A stretch of DNA of 64,000 bases, from contig CAWGRW010000009.1 of assembly GCA_963825135.1 (NCBI GenBank), positions 1,920,001-1,984,000 of the forward strand, in the 5' to 3' direction. The stretch's first letter is position 1, and each line of letters begins with the position of its first letter. Under the pieces are notes generated by a model. It ran no database searches. It was not told the DNA's origin and saw only the letters and a program-made list of their open reading frames with translations. A program made the position numbers and the translations under genes. This document shows positions 30,088 through 41,152 of this stretch, piece by piece. This stretch comes from an uncultured bacterium (lineage in GTDB: Bacteria; Desulfobacterota_D; UBA1144; Nemesobacterales; UBA2774).

Positions 30088-30888
30088 TTACAGGAGGTTG
30101 TCGTGGTCATTGAGAAATCTCATGACTATCCGGTTGAACTCGTCTGGTTTCTCGATGGGCGGCACGTGCCCGCAGTTTTTAAGAATAGCAAGGGTGGAAT
30201 TTTCAATCTCCTCTCTCAGTATCCTCGAGTATTTGACCGGTACGAGTATGTCTTCCTCTCCCGCAATGATAAGGGTAGGGGCTTTAATCTCCGACACGCG
30301 CTCGCGCAGATCGTGCCTCATGCTCGCCTTTGAGAGGCTCACGACTGATTTTACGGGGTTTATGGCCAGATTCATTTCCTTAAGCGCCATCATCCTTTCC
30401 AGATTCTTTTTCGTAAACTCCTCAGAAAAGAGATAGGGCAGGGCTACGTCATACCTTAGTCCGCCCCCGCCGGCCTCCGCCGATTTGATCCACGAGGTTA
30501 TTATCAGTTCGAGGAGCGTATCCACGTAGGAGCATGTATCGACCAGTACGAGCGCTCCCGTCTTTTCCGGATATCGCAACGCGAAGTGCTGAGCGATCAT
30601 GCCCCCGTTCGAAAGCCCTATTATATGCGCTCTCGGTATCTCCAGCTTTTCCAGCAGGAGGCTGAGGTCCTCCGCGTGCATCTCCTGCGAATATTCCATG
30701 TCGGGCCTGTCCGACCCCCCCTGACCCCTGCAGTCGTACCTGACCATCCTGTAATTCCTGCCGAAGGGTTCGACCTGGAGCAGCCAGCCGTTGAGGTCCA
30801 TGGTCAGGCCGTTTATGAATACGACGGGCGGCCCTGAGCCCGATATCTCGTATTGCAGCTCTATGGAGTCTATCCTTACTCTAGGCAT
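30088..30888 (-). CDS. Alpha/beta hydrolase (enol-lactonase-like)
   Basis: YDCRGQGGS, GLSNGG, GEED, GH. Confidence 0.9.
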   Translation of the reverse strand: MPRVRIDSIELQYEISGSGPPVVFINGLTMDLNGWLLQVEPFGRNYRMVRYDCRGQGGSDRPDMEYSQEMHAEDLSLLLEKLEIPRAHIIGLSNGGMIAQHFALRYPEKTGALVLVDTCSYVDTLLELIITSWIKSAEAGGGGLRYDVALPYLFSEEFTKKNLERMMALKEMNLAINPVKSVVSLSKASMRHDLRERVSEIKAPTLIIAGEEDILVPVKYSRILREEIENSTLAILKNCGHVPPIEKPDEFNRIVMRFLNDHDNLL

Positions 30889-31708
30889 CCTTCCTGAGCG
30901 TCTCCTGAGCGTCGCTGAAAAGACCCCTCAGATCCCTGATTACATAGTCGGGTTTAATCTCGGAGTGTTTTATATCTTCTTCGGAGGTGGAGCCGGAAAG
31001 GGCGAGTATCGTAGATATGCCTGCGTTCCTGCCCCCAGCAATATCGGTGTCCAGACGGTCTCCGATGATCGCGAACCTGTCTCTGTCCCTGTGGAGGTGC
31101 TCGGCGAGAGCCACTTCATACATGATGATCTCGGGCTTTCCGGCGACGACCGCTTTCTTCCCGCAGGCGGTCTCTATCGACGCGAGCATCGCCCCGGTCG
31201 CCGGTATCAGACCTTCCGGGGAAGGGTAGGCGGGGTCGCGGTTCGTGGCGAAGAATTTAGCCCCGTTGCGTATTGCGAGCGCCGCGAGCTTCATTTCCTC
31301 ATAATGGAAATCGGGGTGCCCTCCGACTATGACGAAGTCCGCTCGTTTGGCTTCCTCTCCGTCCACGATAGCAAGTCCGGTAAGACCGATTTCTTCCTTC
31401 AGGGAACCGCTCCCGACGACGTACGCCTTCTTCTCTCTTATGTCCCCGAATGAATTCCTGATATGGTACGCTATAGCCATTCCCGACGTGACCACGTCTC
31501 CTGGGCTTACGGGGATCCCCATGCCCCGCAGCTTTTCCGAATATCCCGACGCCGTCATTCTCGGGTCGTTGGTCAAAAAAATTACTATCTTTCCGATTTT
31601 CTTAAGGAGGTTCAATGTTTGAACTGAGCCTTCTGTCGGTTCCTCGCCCACGTAGACCACCCCGTCGAGGTCAATTAGAAAACAGTCGAATCGTTCAGCG
31701 AGAATCAT
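30881..31708 (-). CDS. HAD-IIA hydrolase (NagD-like)
   Basis: DLDGV, FLTN, GKP, IGDRLDTDI. Confidence 0.92.
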   Translation of the reverse strand: MILAERFDCFLIDLDGVVYVGEEPTEGSVQTLNLLKKIGKIVIFLTNDPRMTASGYSEKLRGMGIPVSPGDVVTSGMAIAYHIRNSFGDIREKKAYVVGSGSLKEEIGLTGLAIVDGEEAKRADFVIVGGHPDFHYEEMKLAALAIRNGAKFFATNRDPAYPSPEGLIPATGAMLASIETACGKKAVVAGKPEIIMYEVALAEHLHRDRDRFAIIGDRLDTDIAGGRNAGISTILALSGSTSEEDIKHSEIKPDYVIRDLRGLFSDAQETLRKDA

Positions 31709-31768
31709 TAGGGTTATTGAGAGGGTGCATCCTGGCGCCCGGACCGGGGTCTTTACATGCGGGTGAAA

Positions 31769-32092
31769 TCAACCCCAGATATGCTTTTTAAGCTCTTCCT
31801 GTTTATCGTCTCCGGATTCTTTTTTAAAGAGCGAAACCACCCTCGATTGGTCGTCCTGTGCTATCTCTACCCCGATCAGGCCTAGGACGTCCACGGCCGC
31901 CTGCCTGTAGCCCTCATAGTACTCCTCCACTTCTCCCGAAGCCCTTACGGTCTTGGAGTCGAGAAAAAGCGCAATTGCCGCGAACTCCGGCAGGACGTCG
32001 TCGGATATTTCCAGCTTATACCCTTCCATATGACCGACAAGCAGGTGGTTCATCCACGCCTGTATGACCTTCTCTATGGCTTCCTTCTTCAT
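31769..32092 (-). CDS. Hypothetical protein
   Basis: 107-aa ORF filling the gap, coding-like composition, no recognised motif. Confidence 0.7.
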   Translation of the reverse strand: MKKEAIEKVIQAWMNHLLVGHMEGYKLEISDDVLPEFAAIALFLDSKTVRASGEVEEYYEGYRQAAVDVLGLIGVEIAQDDQSRVVSLFKKESGDDKQEELKKHIWG

Positions 32093-32213
32093 AACAATAA
32101 CCTAACTACAATTCGTCTTCGCTTCAAGTATTCCGGGATGATTGAATATACGGCCGGTCCGGTTCGGCTTAAATAATGGCCGATGGCGGCCGGCAAGGGG
32201 GCAGGATGTCTGA

Positions 32214-32627
32214 TCAGCCCTTTCTATCATGCAGGAGCTTGCTCGCGACGATAATGTTGTCCCTGCCCGCGGCCTCGGCTATCTTGACGGCTTCGCCGAG
32301 ATTGACCTTGTCCGAAAGCGTGGCGAGCTTAAGGAGCATGGGCAGATTGACCCCTGAAATCACCTCCACGTTGTTTTCTTCCAGAAACGTAAGGCTGATA
32401 TTGGACGGGGTCCCTCCGAACATGTCCGTGACGAGAAGTATGCCGTCTTTCCCCTTCACCTTCTTTATTGCGTTTTTGATTTCCTGCTTGAAGGTTTCGA
32501 ATTCCCTGTCCGGGTGAAGGCAGACCCCTTCCATTTTCACCGGGGGGTTCGATGAGAGTACGAAATTCACAGCTGATATAAGCTCTTTAGCCAGCTCTCC
32601 GTGGGTTACTACTACAATACCGACCAT
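32214..32627 (-). CDS. PTS EIIA component, mannose family
   Basis: VVTHG, DMFGGTPSN, GVNLPML. Confidence 0.92.
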   Translation of the reverse strand: MVGIVVVTHGELAKELISAVNFVLSSNPPVKMEGVCLHPDREFETFKQEIKNAIKKVKGKDGILLVTDMFGGTPSNISLTFLEENNVEVISGVNLPMLLKLATLSDKVNLGEAVKIAEAAGRDNIIVASKLLHDRKG

Positions 32628-32640
32628 CCCGATAATCTCC

Positions 32641-33492
32641 TTAGCTCTTTGATATGTCCCTGTGTATCGTAACGGGGGATAGGTGTTTGAAATGTTCGGA
32701 CAATTTCGCGGTTATGACGACCGACCTGTGCTTCCCCCCCGTACACCCTACGGCGATCGTAAGATACGATTTCCCCTCCTTCTCATACCTCGGTAAAAGG
32801 AATTCGAGGAATTCGGTAAGTTTTTTCAGATACTCTTTCGTATCCTCTTTGCTCATCACGAATTCAACGATCTCGTCGTCGAGGCCGTTTAGCTCCTTAA
32901 GCTCTTCTACGAAAAAGGGGTTCGGCAGGAATCTGACGTCGAAAACCATGTCGGCGTCATAAGGGTATCCGTGTTTATATCCGAAGGACAGGATGTTGAT
33001 GCTTAAATTCCGGGAATTCGATCTGTCGAATTTATTCTTGATAATCTCCTTAAGCTCGTGCACGTTGAAGTCGGTAGTGTCTATATTATAGCTTGAGAGA
33101 TCCTTAAGGTCTTTCAGCATTTCCCTTTCTCTTGAGATCCCCTCTATGATATTCCCGTTGATCGACAGAGGGTGCTTCCTGCGGGTTTCTTTGTATCTTT
33201 TGATGATCGCGGCGTCGGAAGAATCGAGGAAGATAAGGTCGATCGGATGACCCTTCTCTCTTAGGTCTTTAATTACCTCCGGGGCCCCTTTAAAAAAAAG
33301 GCCTTCGCGAATATCGACGGCAAGGGCGATTTTGTTTATGTCTCCCTGAGAGTTTTCACAAATCTCGATAAATTTCGGGAGCAGGGTCATGGGGAGGTTA
33401 TCCACACAGTAATAACCCAGGTCTTCGAGAACGTTCATCGCGGTGCTTTTTCCGGAACCCGATACGCCGCTTATTATAACCAGGTTAGTCAT
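32641..33492 (-). CDS. rapZ: RNase adapter RapZ
   Basis: SGVSGSGKS, YCVDNLP, DVRFLPNP, GCTGGKHRSV. Confidence 0.96.
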   Translation of the reverse strand: MTNLVIISGVSGSGKSTAMNVLEDLGYYCVDNLPMTLLPKFIEICENSQGDINKIALAVDIREGLFFKGAPEVIKDLREKGHPIDLIFLDSSDAAIIKRYKETRRKHPLSINGNIIEGISREREMLKDLKDLSSYNIDTTDFNVHELKEIIKNKFDRSNSRNLSINILSFGYKHGYPYDADMVFDVRFLPNPFFVEELKELNGLDDEIVEFVMSKEDTKEYLKKLTEFLEFLLPRYEKEGKSYLTIAVGCTGGKHRSVVITAKLSEHFKHLSPVTIHRDISKS

Positions 33493-33525
33493 ATAAGTCC
33501 TTGTCGGCGGCGTTAGAATATTCGA

Positions 33526-34449
33526 TCAAATATTAAAATTATGCGGCGAATAGACACCGCTCATTTTCAGTAATTGATTCCGCGCCGCTACTTCAATTAT
33601 GGTAGACGTATTCCTGCCGGTGCTTACGGGGATGATTACATGCGGGAGCTGCACACCGAGGATATTGTAATTTCTGGTTTCGATCCCGAGTCTGTCATAT
33701 TCCGTTTCCGGATCCCACTGAACGAGCTCAATAACCATGTCGATTTCTCTCTTATCCATTACCGATGTCGTCCCGAACAGGTCTTTGATATTAATTATAC
33801 CCACCCCTCTGACTTCCATGAGGTGTTTTATGCGCTCGGGCCCGTTCCCTACCAGCCTCGATGCCCCGACTTTCCTTATTTCTACTATGTCGTCAGAAAT
33901 GAGTTTAGAACCTCTGTTTATTAAGTCAAGAGCGCATTCGCTTTTGCCGATACCGCTCTTTCCGAGTATCAAAACACCCAGGCTGTGTATGTCCATGAGC
34001 ACCCCGTGGACCGTAGCAAACGGGGCGAGCCTTACCTCCAGAATTTCCTGGAGGAGAGAGATGAGCTTCCCTGTGTATAGTTTGGTCGTGAAAAGCGGGA
34101 TGTCCCTCTTATTGCAGGCCGCCTTAAGTGTCTCGTCGGGGTTGAGTTCTTTCGAGATAATGAAGCAGGGGACGTCCTGAAACGAGAGGCTTTCTGTTAC
34201 GCTCTCTTTTTCGCCCCCCCTAAGTCTGTCGAAATAAGCTATCTCGGTCTTGCCGAGTATCTGGATGGTTCCCTCCTCCAGCCTTAAATCCGGGTCCAGC
34301 AGCTTAAGGCCCGGCTTCTGGATCCTGTCCGAGGATATTTCCCGCGAAAGCCCCTTTCTGCCCGCTATCAGCTCTATCTGGAGCTCTTCGCTCCAGGTCT
34401 TAAATAGTTCTTCGACTCGGAGGGTGTTCACGTTATCAGAGTTTCGCAT
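33526..34449 (-). CDS. hprK: HPr kinase/phosphorylase
   Basis: VHGVL, GKSGIGKSECALDL, LISDD, MEVRGVGIINI..LFG. Confidence 0.95.
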   Translation of the reverse strand: MRNSDNVNTLRVEELFKTWSEELQIELIAGRKGLSREISSDRIQKPGLKLLDPDLRLEEGTIQILGKTEIAYFDRLRGGEKESVTESLSFQDVPCFIISKELNPDETLKAACNKRDIPLFTTKLYTGKLISLLQEILEVRLAPFATVHGVLMDIHSLGVLILGKSGIGKSECALDLINRGSKLISDDIVEIRKVGASRLVGNGPERIKHLMEVRGVGIINIKDLFGTTSVMDKREIDMVIELVQWDPETEYDRLGIETRNYNILGVQLPHVIIPVSTGRNTSTIIEVAARNQLLKMSGVYSPHNFNI

Positions 34450-34897
34450 CTTCCGTTATTATGGAATCGTATAATTCGTCCTGGGTTTCGAGGGTCATTA
34501 ATTTCGCGCGCAGGTCGGGATTCTTAAATATCTTTGATATCCTCGCAAGGAGCTGGATATGAGAGCCGATGGAGCTCTCGGGCGCGACAATGATAATAAA
34601 CAGGTGGGTCAGTTTGGCGTCGAGCGAGTCAAAGTCTATCCCTTCGACACTCCTGCCGAACCCGGCGATAATGCCGGATATGCCGCTCATCTTGGCGTGG
34701 GGTATAGCGACCCCCGAATCGACCGCCGTGCTGCAGAGCCTCTCCCTTTCCAGCAGCACTTCTATGAGCTTTTCGTCATTTATGTTCGGATACGCCGAGG
34801 ATAGATTTTCGGCAAGCTCCCTGATTACTTCTGGCTTCGATCTGGATTGCAGGTTGGAGATAACTGTTTTGCGTTCGAGCACATCTGAAATTTTCAT
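34436..34897 (-). CDS. ptsN: PTS EIIA-Ntr
   Basis: LLERE..ST, GVAIPHAK, GIDFDSLD; located in the rpoN operon. Confidence 0.9.
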   Translation of the reverse strand: MKISDVLERKTVISNLQSRSKPEVIRELAENLSSAYPNINDEKLIEVLLERERLCSTAVDSGVAIPHAKMSGISGIIAGFGRSVEGIDFDSLDAKLTHLFIIIVAPESSIGSHIQLLARISKIFKNPDLRAKLMTLETQDELYDSIITEDAKL

Positions 34898-34905
34898 TGC
34901 GCCGC

Positions 34906-35457
34906 TTAGGGTTCAATTAAAGTGATTTGTCCTCTGTTGTCGACATAAAGAACGTTCATATTGTCGCTGGCGCTGTTTCGGAAAGTCACGAAGTTTGCGT
35001 CCGAGACCCGGAGCTGTAACGTAGCCTCTTCAACGGTCATCGGCTTTGGCGGCAGTTTCTGTATCCTGATATTGGTCAGTCTGCCGAAGCTGCCTTCCGA
35101 TAGGGATTCCGTTTGCGCGATTACATCTTTATTCTTTGCGCCGATCCTTCGCTTGGCCTTTACCTTTTTATCGGATTCTTTCTTCAGCTGGTTGATGATT
35201 ATATCTATGGCGCTGTCGATAGCCGTGTACATGTCCGTTGTTTCAAATGAGCTCGTCGCTTTCAGGTTCCTGCTGCTGATCGATATCTCCGCCGTATCCC
35301 TGAACTTTTCGGTCGACAGGACGAACTGCACGTCACAGGTGTCGACGCCTGACTTGAGGTACTTCTCCATCCTTTTCGATTTCTTTATTGCGTAGGATTT
35401 CAGTTTTTCGGGGTCACGGTTATTGTTTATATGTCTCGTGGTTACTCTTACTTTCAT
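34906..35457 (-). CDS. hpf: Ribosome hibernation promoting factor (long HPF)
   Basis: DMYTAID...QL.K, C-terminal KPMTVEEA.LQL...F.N; directly after rpoN. Confidence 0.88.
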   Translation of the reverse strand: MKVRVTTRHINNNRDPEKLKSYAIKKSKRMEKYLKSGVDTCDVQFVLSTEKFRDTAEISISSRNLKATSSFETTDMYTAIDSAIDIIINQLKKESDKKVKAKRRIGAKNKDVIAQTESLSEGSFGRLTNIRIQKLPPKPMTVEEATLQLRVSDANFVTFRNSASDNMNVLYVDNRGQITLIEP

Positions 35458-37000
35458 TTTTCTTTTTACCTTTTTGTGCTGCCCTTGCGGAAGAAGATGG
35501 TATTTTAAGGGTTTTTCTGTATTTTGCAACAGTCCTTCTCGCTACGATAACATTTCTCCTTTCGAGTATCTTGGAGATGTCCTCATCCGAATAAGGGCTC
35601 TCTGGAAGCTCTTCCGCCACTATTTCCTTTATCATGGACTTTACCCTTTCGAAAGAGACTTCCTTGCCGTGCGAGGTCTCGATCTTTCTCGAAAAAAGAG
35701 ATTTAAGCTCGATAATCCCCTGCGGTGTCTGGATGTATCTCCTGCTGGTAATACGGCTCACCGTGGACTCATGGACGCCGACCGCCTGGGCCACGTCTTT
35801 CAGTATGAGGGGTTTGATATAATCCGCGCCGTGCTCGAAAAAATCCCTCTGAACGTCGACTATCTTGGCTATGATCTTCTTTACCGCGGCTTCGCGCTCG
35901 TCGAGGCATTTCATTATCCTCTGCGCCGCTTCGATCTTCTCTTTGAGGAACAGCTTTGCATCTGGCGGAAGACTTTTCTCTTTCTTGAGAAGGTTTCTGT
36001 AATAATTGCTGATTCTGACCTTGGGGAAATCCCGGTTTAGCTGAACCTGGAGCTCGTTTCCCACTTTATACACGTAAAAATCGGGAACCACATATTTTTC
36101 CGGGTCCTTTTCGTAATACGGTCTCCCCGGCTTCGGCTCGAGCGTGGATATTACCATTAACGCTTCCTTGACCTCATCGGCGGAACAGTCGAGGCCCTCG
36201 GCGATCTCGAACAAATCCTTCCCGTCTATATCTTCGAGATGGTGCTCGATAATCTTGCATACGACGCATTCCTCTGTGTACCCGAGGTCGAGGGCCTGGA
36301 TCTTGAGGCATTCCCTGAGGTCCCTCGAGCACGCCCCCGTGGGGTCGAAGGTCGTTTGAATTTTCTTTAGAACATTCGTAATTTTATCCTTGAGTTCCTG
36401 GTCGGGTTCGAGGGACTCGGCGTTAACACGTATGTCGACCGGCGCGAACGGGATGTCTTCATCGGCGTCTGTCTGCTCGGCGACATCCGCCTGCTCGACG
36501 GGACCGTTAAGATATAGCCTCCCTATTTCCTCCACTCCGATATCGAGGTATCCGTCCTCGTTCGTATTCCCGATGATGACGGATCCAATCTGTTTTTCTT
36601 CTGCGGTAAAGTCGGAGACCTCGAGCTGCCAGGTGAGGTGCTCCGTAAGCGAGTCGGGCGTGCTTATTCTGTTCTCCCAGGCTCCCTCCTCCTCTCCGTC
36701 GTCCATGTATTGCCTCGAAGAATAATGGGGCATATCGCTGTTTTCATTCCCGAACAACCTGCTGTCGCCGGTCATGCTGTAGTCGATACCCGCTTCCTCG
36801 GAGCCGTTTTCGCTTTTCTCTTTCGTTTCCTCTGTTTCTTCGAGCGTGGGGTTTTCTATAAGCTGCTCTTCGAGGTAGTCCTTGAGCTCTAAAGTCGTCA
36901 TCTGTATGAGCTTGAGAAATAGCTGAAGCTCCTGGGTCAATATGAGGCGCTGCTGGAGGACCTGCCTCTGCGATGTGGTTTGGCTTAGATTCGTGCTCAT
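35420..37000 (-). CDS. rpoN: RNA polymerase sigma-54 factor
   Basis: Q-rich region I, ENPTLE, HESTVSR, RpoN box ARRTVAKYR. Confidence 0.97.
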   Translation of the reverse strand: MSTNLSQTTSQRQVLQQRLILTQELQLFLKLIQMTTLELKDYLEEQLIENPTLEETEETKEKSENGSEEAGIDYSMTGDSRLFGNENSDMPHYSSRQYMDDGEEEGAWENRISTPDSLTEHLTWQLEVSDFTAEEKQIGSVIIGNTNEDGYLDIGVEEIGRLYLNGPVEQADVAEQTDADEDIPFAPVDIRVNAESLEPDQELKDKITNVLKKIQTTFDPTGACSRDLRECLKIQALDLGYTEECVVCKIIEHHLEDIDGKDLFEIAEGLDCSADEVKEALMVISTLEPKPGRPYYEKDPEKYVVPDFYVYKVGNELQVQLNRDFPKVRISNYYRNLLKKEKSLPPDAKLFLKEKIEAAQRIMKCLDEREAAVKKIIAKIVDVQRDFFEHGADYIKPLILKDVAQAVGVHESTVSRITSRRYIQTPQGIIELKSLFSRKIETSHGKEVSFERVKSMIKEIVAEELPESPYSDEDISKILERRNVIVARRTVAKYRKTLKIPSSSARAAQKGKKKNESKSNHETYKQ

Positions 37001-37034
37001 AACTGGTTCTTGTACTTAAGAGTAAAAATCCCCG

Positions 37035-37087
37035 TCAAATTTCATGCCATCTTATTATATTCTACAATCTTATAACCTGTTTGTCTA
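37035..37087 (-). promoter_or_regulatory. rpoN sigma-70 promoter with an overlapping sigma-54-like site
   Basis: Minus strand TAGACA-N17-TAGAAT, then TGGCATGAAATTTGA near the predicted +1. Confidence 0.5.
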
Positions 37088-37206
37088 AAATACCAGTGAT
37101 TTTTACGAACCCGCTTCGGAGGAAAGCACATTTCCTGCCCTATGGGCACTGGGCGAGACCTCCGGATGGTATAATTTAATGAGAGATTATCAAGAGGTTG
37201 CCGGGA

Positions 37207-37431
37207 ATGGAATTTCAGGGTTTTGGAAAACTGATAATTATTCTGGGGATATCGCTCGTGGCCGTCGGCTTGCTGATAACATTCGCCCCGAAGATACCAT
37301 TAATCGGCAAGCTGCCCGGGGATTTTTATTTTAAACGCGGAAACGCGTCTTTCTATTTCCCCCTCGCCTCGTCGATTCTGATCAGCCTGATACTCTCGAT
37401 TGTCCTCAGCATAATCTTTCGGGGCAAGTAG
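37207..37431 (+). CDS. DUF2905 small membrane protein
   Basis: GKLPGD...FYFPLASSILISL. Confidence 0.88.
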   Translation: MEFQGFGKLIIILGISLVAVGLLITFAPKIPLIGKLPGDFYFKRGNASFYFPLASSILISLILSIVLSIIFRGK

Positions 37432-37442
37432 AGGGCTCATGC

Positions 37443-38066
37443 TTATCGGGCTTGAGCCGGTATCGCCCATTTCCTCTCTTTCGACGCCGCCGTCTCATAC
37501 ATCGTTATCTTGTCTTCTTTCTTGAGGGTAAGCGTGATGTCGTCGAGGCCTTCGAGAAGGGTCTTTTTCTTAAAGGGGTCTATGTCGAACGTAGCATTCC
37601 ACCCGTCTTCACCCTCGATGCCCTGAGATTCGAGATCGACTTTGAGCCTGTAACCCTTCTTCGAGTTCACCCTGGCGAACAGGTCCTTTACCAGATCTTC
37701 TCGAAGGACGATCGGAAGTATCGCGTTCTTAAAACAGTTGTTGTAGAAGATATCGGCGAAGGAAGGGGCGATGATTACCTGAAACCCGTATTCCCCGAGC
37801 GCCCACGGGGCGTGCTCGCGGGAGCTGCCGCTTCCGAAGTTCTGTCCGGCCAGGAGAATATTCGCACCCTTCAGGTGCTCCTTGTTAAGCTCGAACTCCG
37901 GGTTTAGCGTGCCGTCCTCGTTATACCTCCAGTCAAAAAATAGAAACTCTCCGAAACCCGTCCTTTCTATCCTCTTTAAAAACTGCTTCGGTATTATCTG
38001 GTCCGTATCGACGTTCATCCTGTCGAGGGGCGCTACGACCCCTGTTACCTGTTTAAGCGGTTCCAT
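37443..38066 (-). CDS. leuD: 3-isopropylmalate dehydratase small subunit
   Basis: NVDTDQIIPKQFL, NFGSGSSREHAPWAL. Confidence 0.97.
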   Translation of the reverse strand: MEPLKQVTGVVAPLDRMNVDTDQIIPKQFLKRIERTGFGEFLFFDWRYNEDGTLNPEFELNKEHLKGANILLAGQNFGSGSSREHAPWALGEYGFQVIIAPSFADIFYNNCFKNAILPIVLREDLVKDLFARVNSKKGYRLKVDLESQGIEGEDGWNATFDIDPFKKKTLLEGLDDITLTLKKEDKITMYETAASKERKWAIPAQAR

Positions 38067-38078
38067 GGTCAATCCTCT

Positions 38079-39503
38079 TTATATCTCTTTTTGTAAATCC
38101 CAGTCCCTGACGTCTACAAAATGGCCTTCTATCGCCGCCGCCGCGGCCATTATCGGGCTTACCAGGTGCGTCCTGCCCCCTTTGCCCTGGCGTCCCTCGA
38201 AGTTCCTGTTGGAGGTGCTCGCGCACCTCTCCCCGGGCTCCAGTATGTCGGGGTTCATGCCGAGACACATGCTGCATCCCGATTCCCTCCATTCGAATCC
38301 GGCCTCCTTGAATATCCTGTCGAGGCCTATCTTTTCAGCCTGGTGTTTTACGAGCTGAGAGCCGGGTACCACCATGGCCCTGACTGTAGGCGCGACTTTT
38401 CTGCCCTTCACTATCCTTGCCGCCTCGGTCAGGTCCTGTATCCTCGAATTAGTGCAGGAGCCTATGAAGACCCTGTCGACCTTTATGTCCCGTATCGGGG
38501 TTTTCGGCCTGAGCCCCATGTATTCGAGAGCGCTCTGGGTCGCCTTCCGGTTGTTCTCGTCGTCCATGGCGTTCGGGTCGGGCACCATGCCTGTAATATC
38601 CGTAACCATGCCGGGGTTCGTGCCCCAGCTCACCTGGGGGGCCATTTGAGACGCGTCGAGCGTGATTGATTTATCGAACGTCGCCCCCTCATCCGTCCTG
38701 AGCGTCTTCCATTCGGCGACGGCCTCGTCGAACACTTTCCCTTTCGGGGCGTATCTCCTCCCTCTTATATATTCGAACGTCTTTTCATCGGGGGCTATCA
38801 TCCCGGCCCGTGCCCCGGCTTCGATCGACATATTGCATATCGTCATCCGCTCTTCCATCGTGAGAGCCTCGATTGCGGGGCCGCGGTATTCCACAACGGT
38901 CCCGGTCGCCCCGGCCGTGCCTATACGTCCTATTATGCTGAGAATAATATCCTTGGCGGTTACGCCGTATCCGCGCGCCCCTTCCACCCTGACCTCGAAT
39001 TCTTCGGGCAGGGTCTGCCGGAGACACTGCGTCGCGAGTACGTGCTCGACCTCGCTTGTGCCGATTCCGAAGGCAAGCGCTCCGAAAGCGCCGTGAGTGG
39101 AGGTGTGGCTGTCCCCGCATACTATCGTCAGTCCGGGTTTAGTCAGTCCAAGCTCCGGTCCTATTACGTGTACGATTCCCTGCATATCGCTGTTAATGTT
39201 GAGACCGAATAGCGTAATGCCGAATTCCTCGCAGTTCTTCCTCAGCACCTCTATCTGCTGGGCCGATATGGGGTCCTCTATGGGCAGGGCCCTGTTCGTG
39301 GTCGGTACGTTGTGGTCCATCGTGGCGAAAGTGAGGTCGGGCCTTCTTGCCCCTCGACCCGAGAGCCTCAATCCTTCAAACGCCTGCGGGGAAGTTACCT
39401 CGTGAACGAGATGGAGGTCTATGTAAATAAGAGTCGGTTTCCCCGGTTCTTCGTCCACCACATGAGCTTCCCATATCTTTTTAAATAGTGTTTTTTTAGA
39501 CAT
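38079..39503 (-). CDS. leuC: 3-isopropylmalate dehydratase large subunit
   Basis: [43 protein letters not shown]. Confidence 0.98.
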   Translation of the reverse strand: MSKKTLFKKIWEAHVVDEEPGKPTLIYIDLHLVHEVTSPQAFEGLRLSGRGARRPDLTFATMDHNVPTTNRALPIEDPISAQQIEVLRKNCEEFGITLFGLNINSDMQGIVHVIGPELGLTKPGLTIVCGDSHTSTHGAFGALAFGIGTSEVEHVLATQCLRQTLPEEFEVRVEGARGYGVTAKDIILSIIGRIGTAGATGTVVEYRGPAIEALTMEERMTICNMSIEAGARAGMIAPDEKTFEYIRGRRYAPKGKVFDEAVAEWKTLRTDEGATFDKSITLDASQMAPQVSWGTNPGMVTDITGMVPDPNAMDDENNRKATQSALEYMGLRPKTPIRDIKVDRVFIGSCTNSRIQDLTEAARIVKGRKVAPTVRAMVVPGSQLVKHQAEKIGLDRIFKEAGFEWRESGCSMCLGMNPDILEPGERCASTSNRNFEGRQGKGGRTHLVSPIMAAAAAIEGHFVDVRDWDLQKEI

Positions 39504-39657
39504 GCCTTTTCCCTTTATCACCTTGTCTTCAGAGCTAAATTATACATAATAAAAAGTACTTATACAGGTTACTTCGCTGTGACACCTCAGCTCGATAGTT
39601 GAAATATAAGCACTAACTCCCTTTAATCAATAAGGGTTTGTCCGAGGAAATGCCCGC

Positions 39658-40971
<1,314 letters not shown>

Positions 40972-41152
40972 TTACCATAGGAGTCGTTGGCTATCAAATC
41001 GGGGTATATTATCGGTTATTATTACAATGGCCGCGGAATCCGGCGTAGGGGCGGTGCGGCGGGTTATGCGGTTTGTTGATTTTTATTGGAAATACAGTTT
41101 AAGTTCGGTAATATCTTGTTTTTAAAAAATAATTATCCAAGGGAAAGACCTC

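Noticed and set aside
39504..39657. Possible leucine attenuator or structured leader before leuC (GAGCUGA/UUAGCUC stem; mini-[12 protein letters not shown])
   Set aside because: There is no Leu codon run and no terminator, and the pairing is weak and AU-rich
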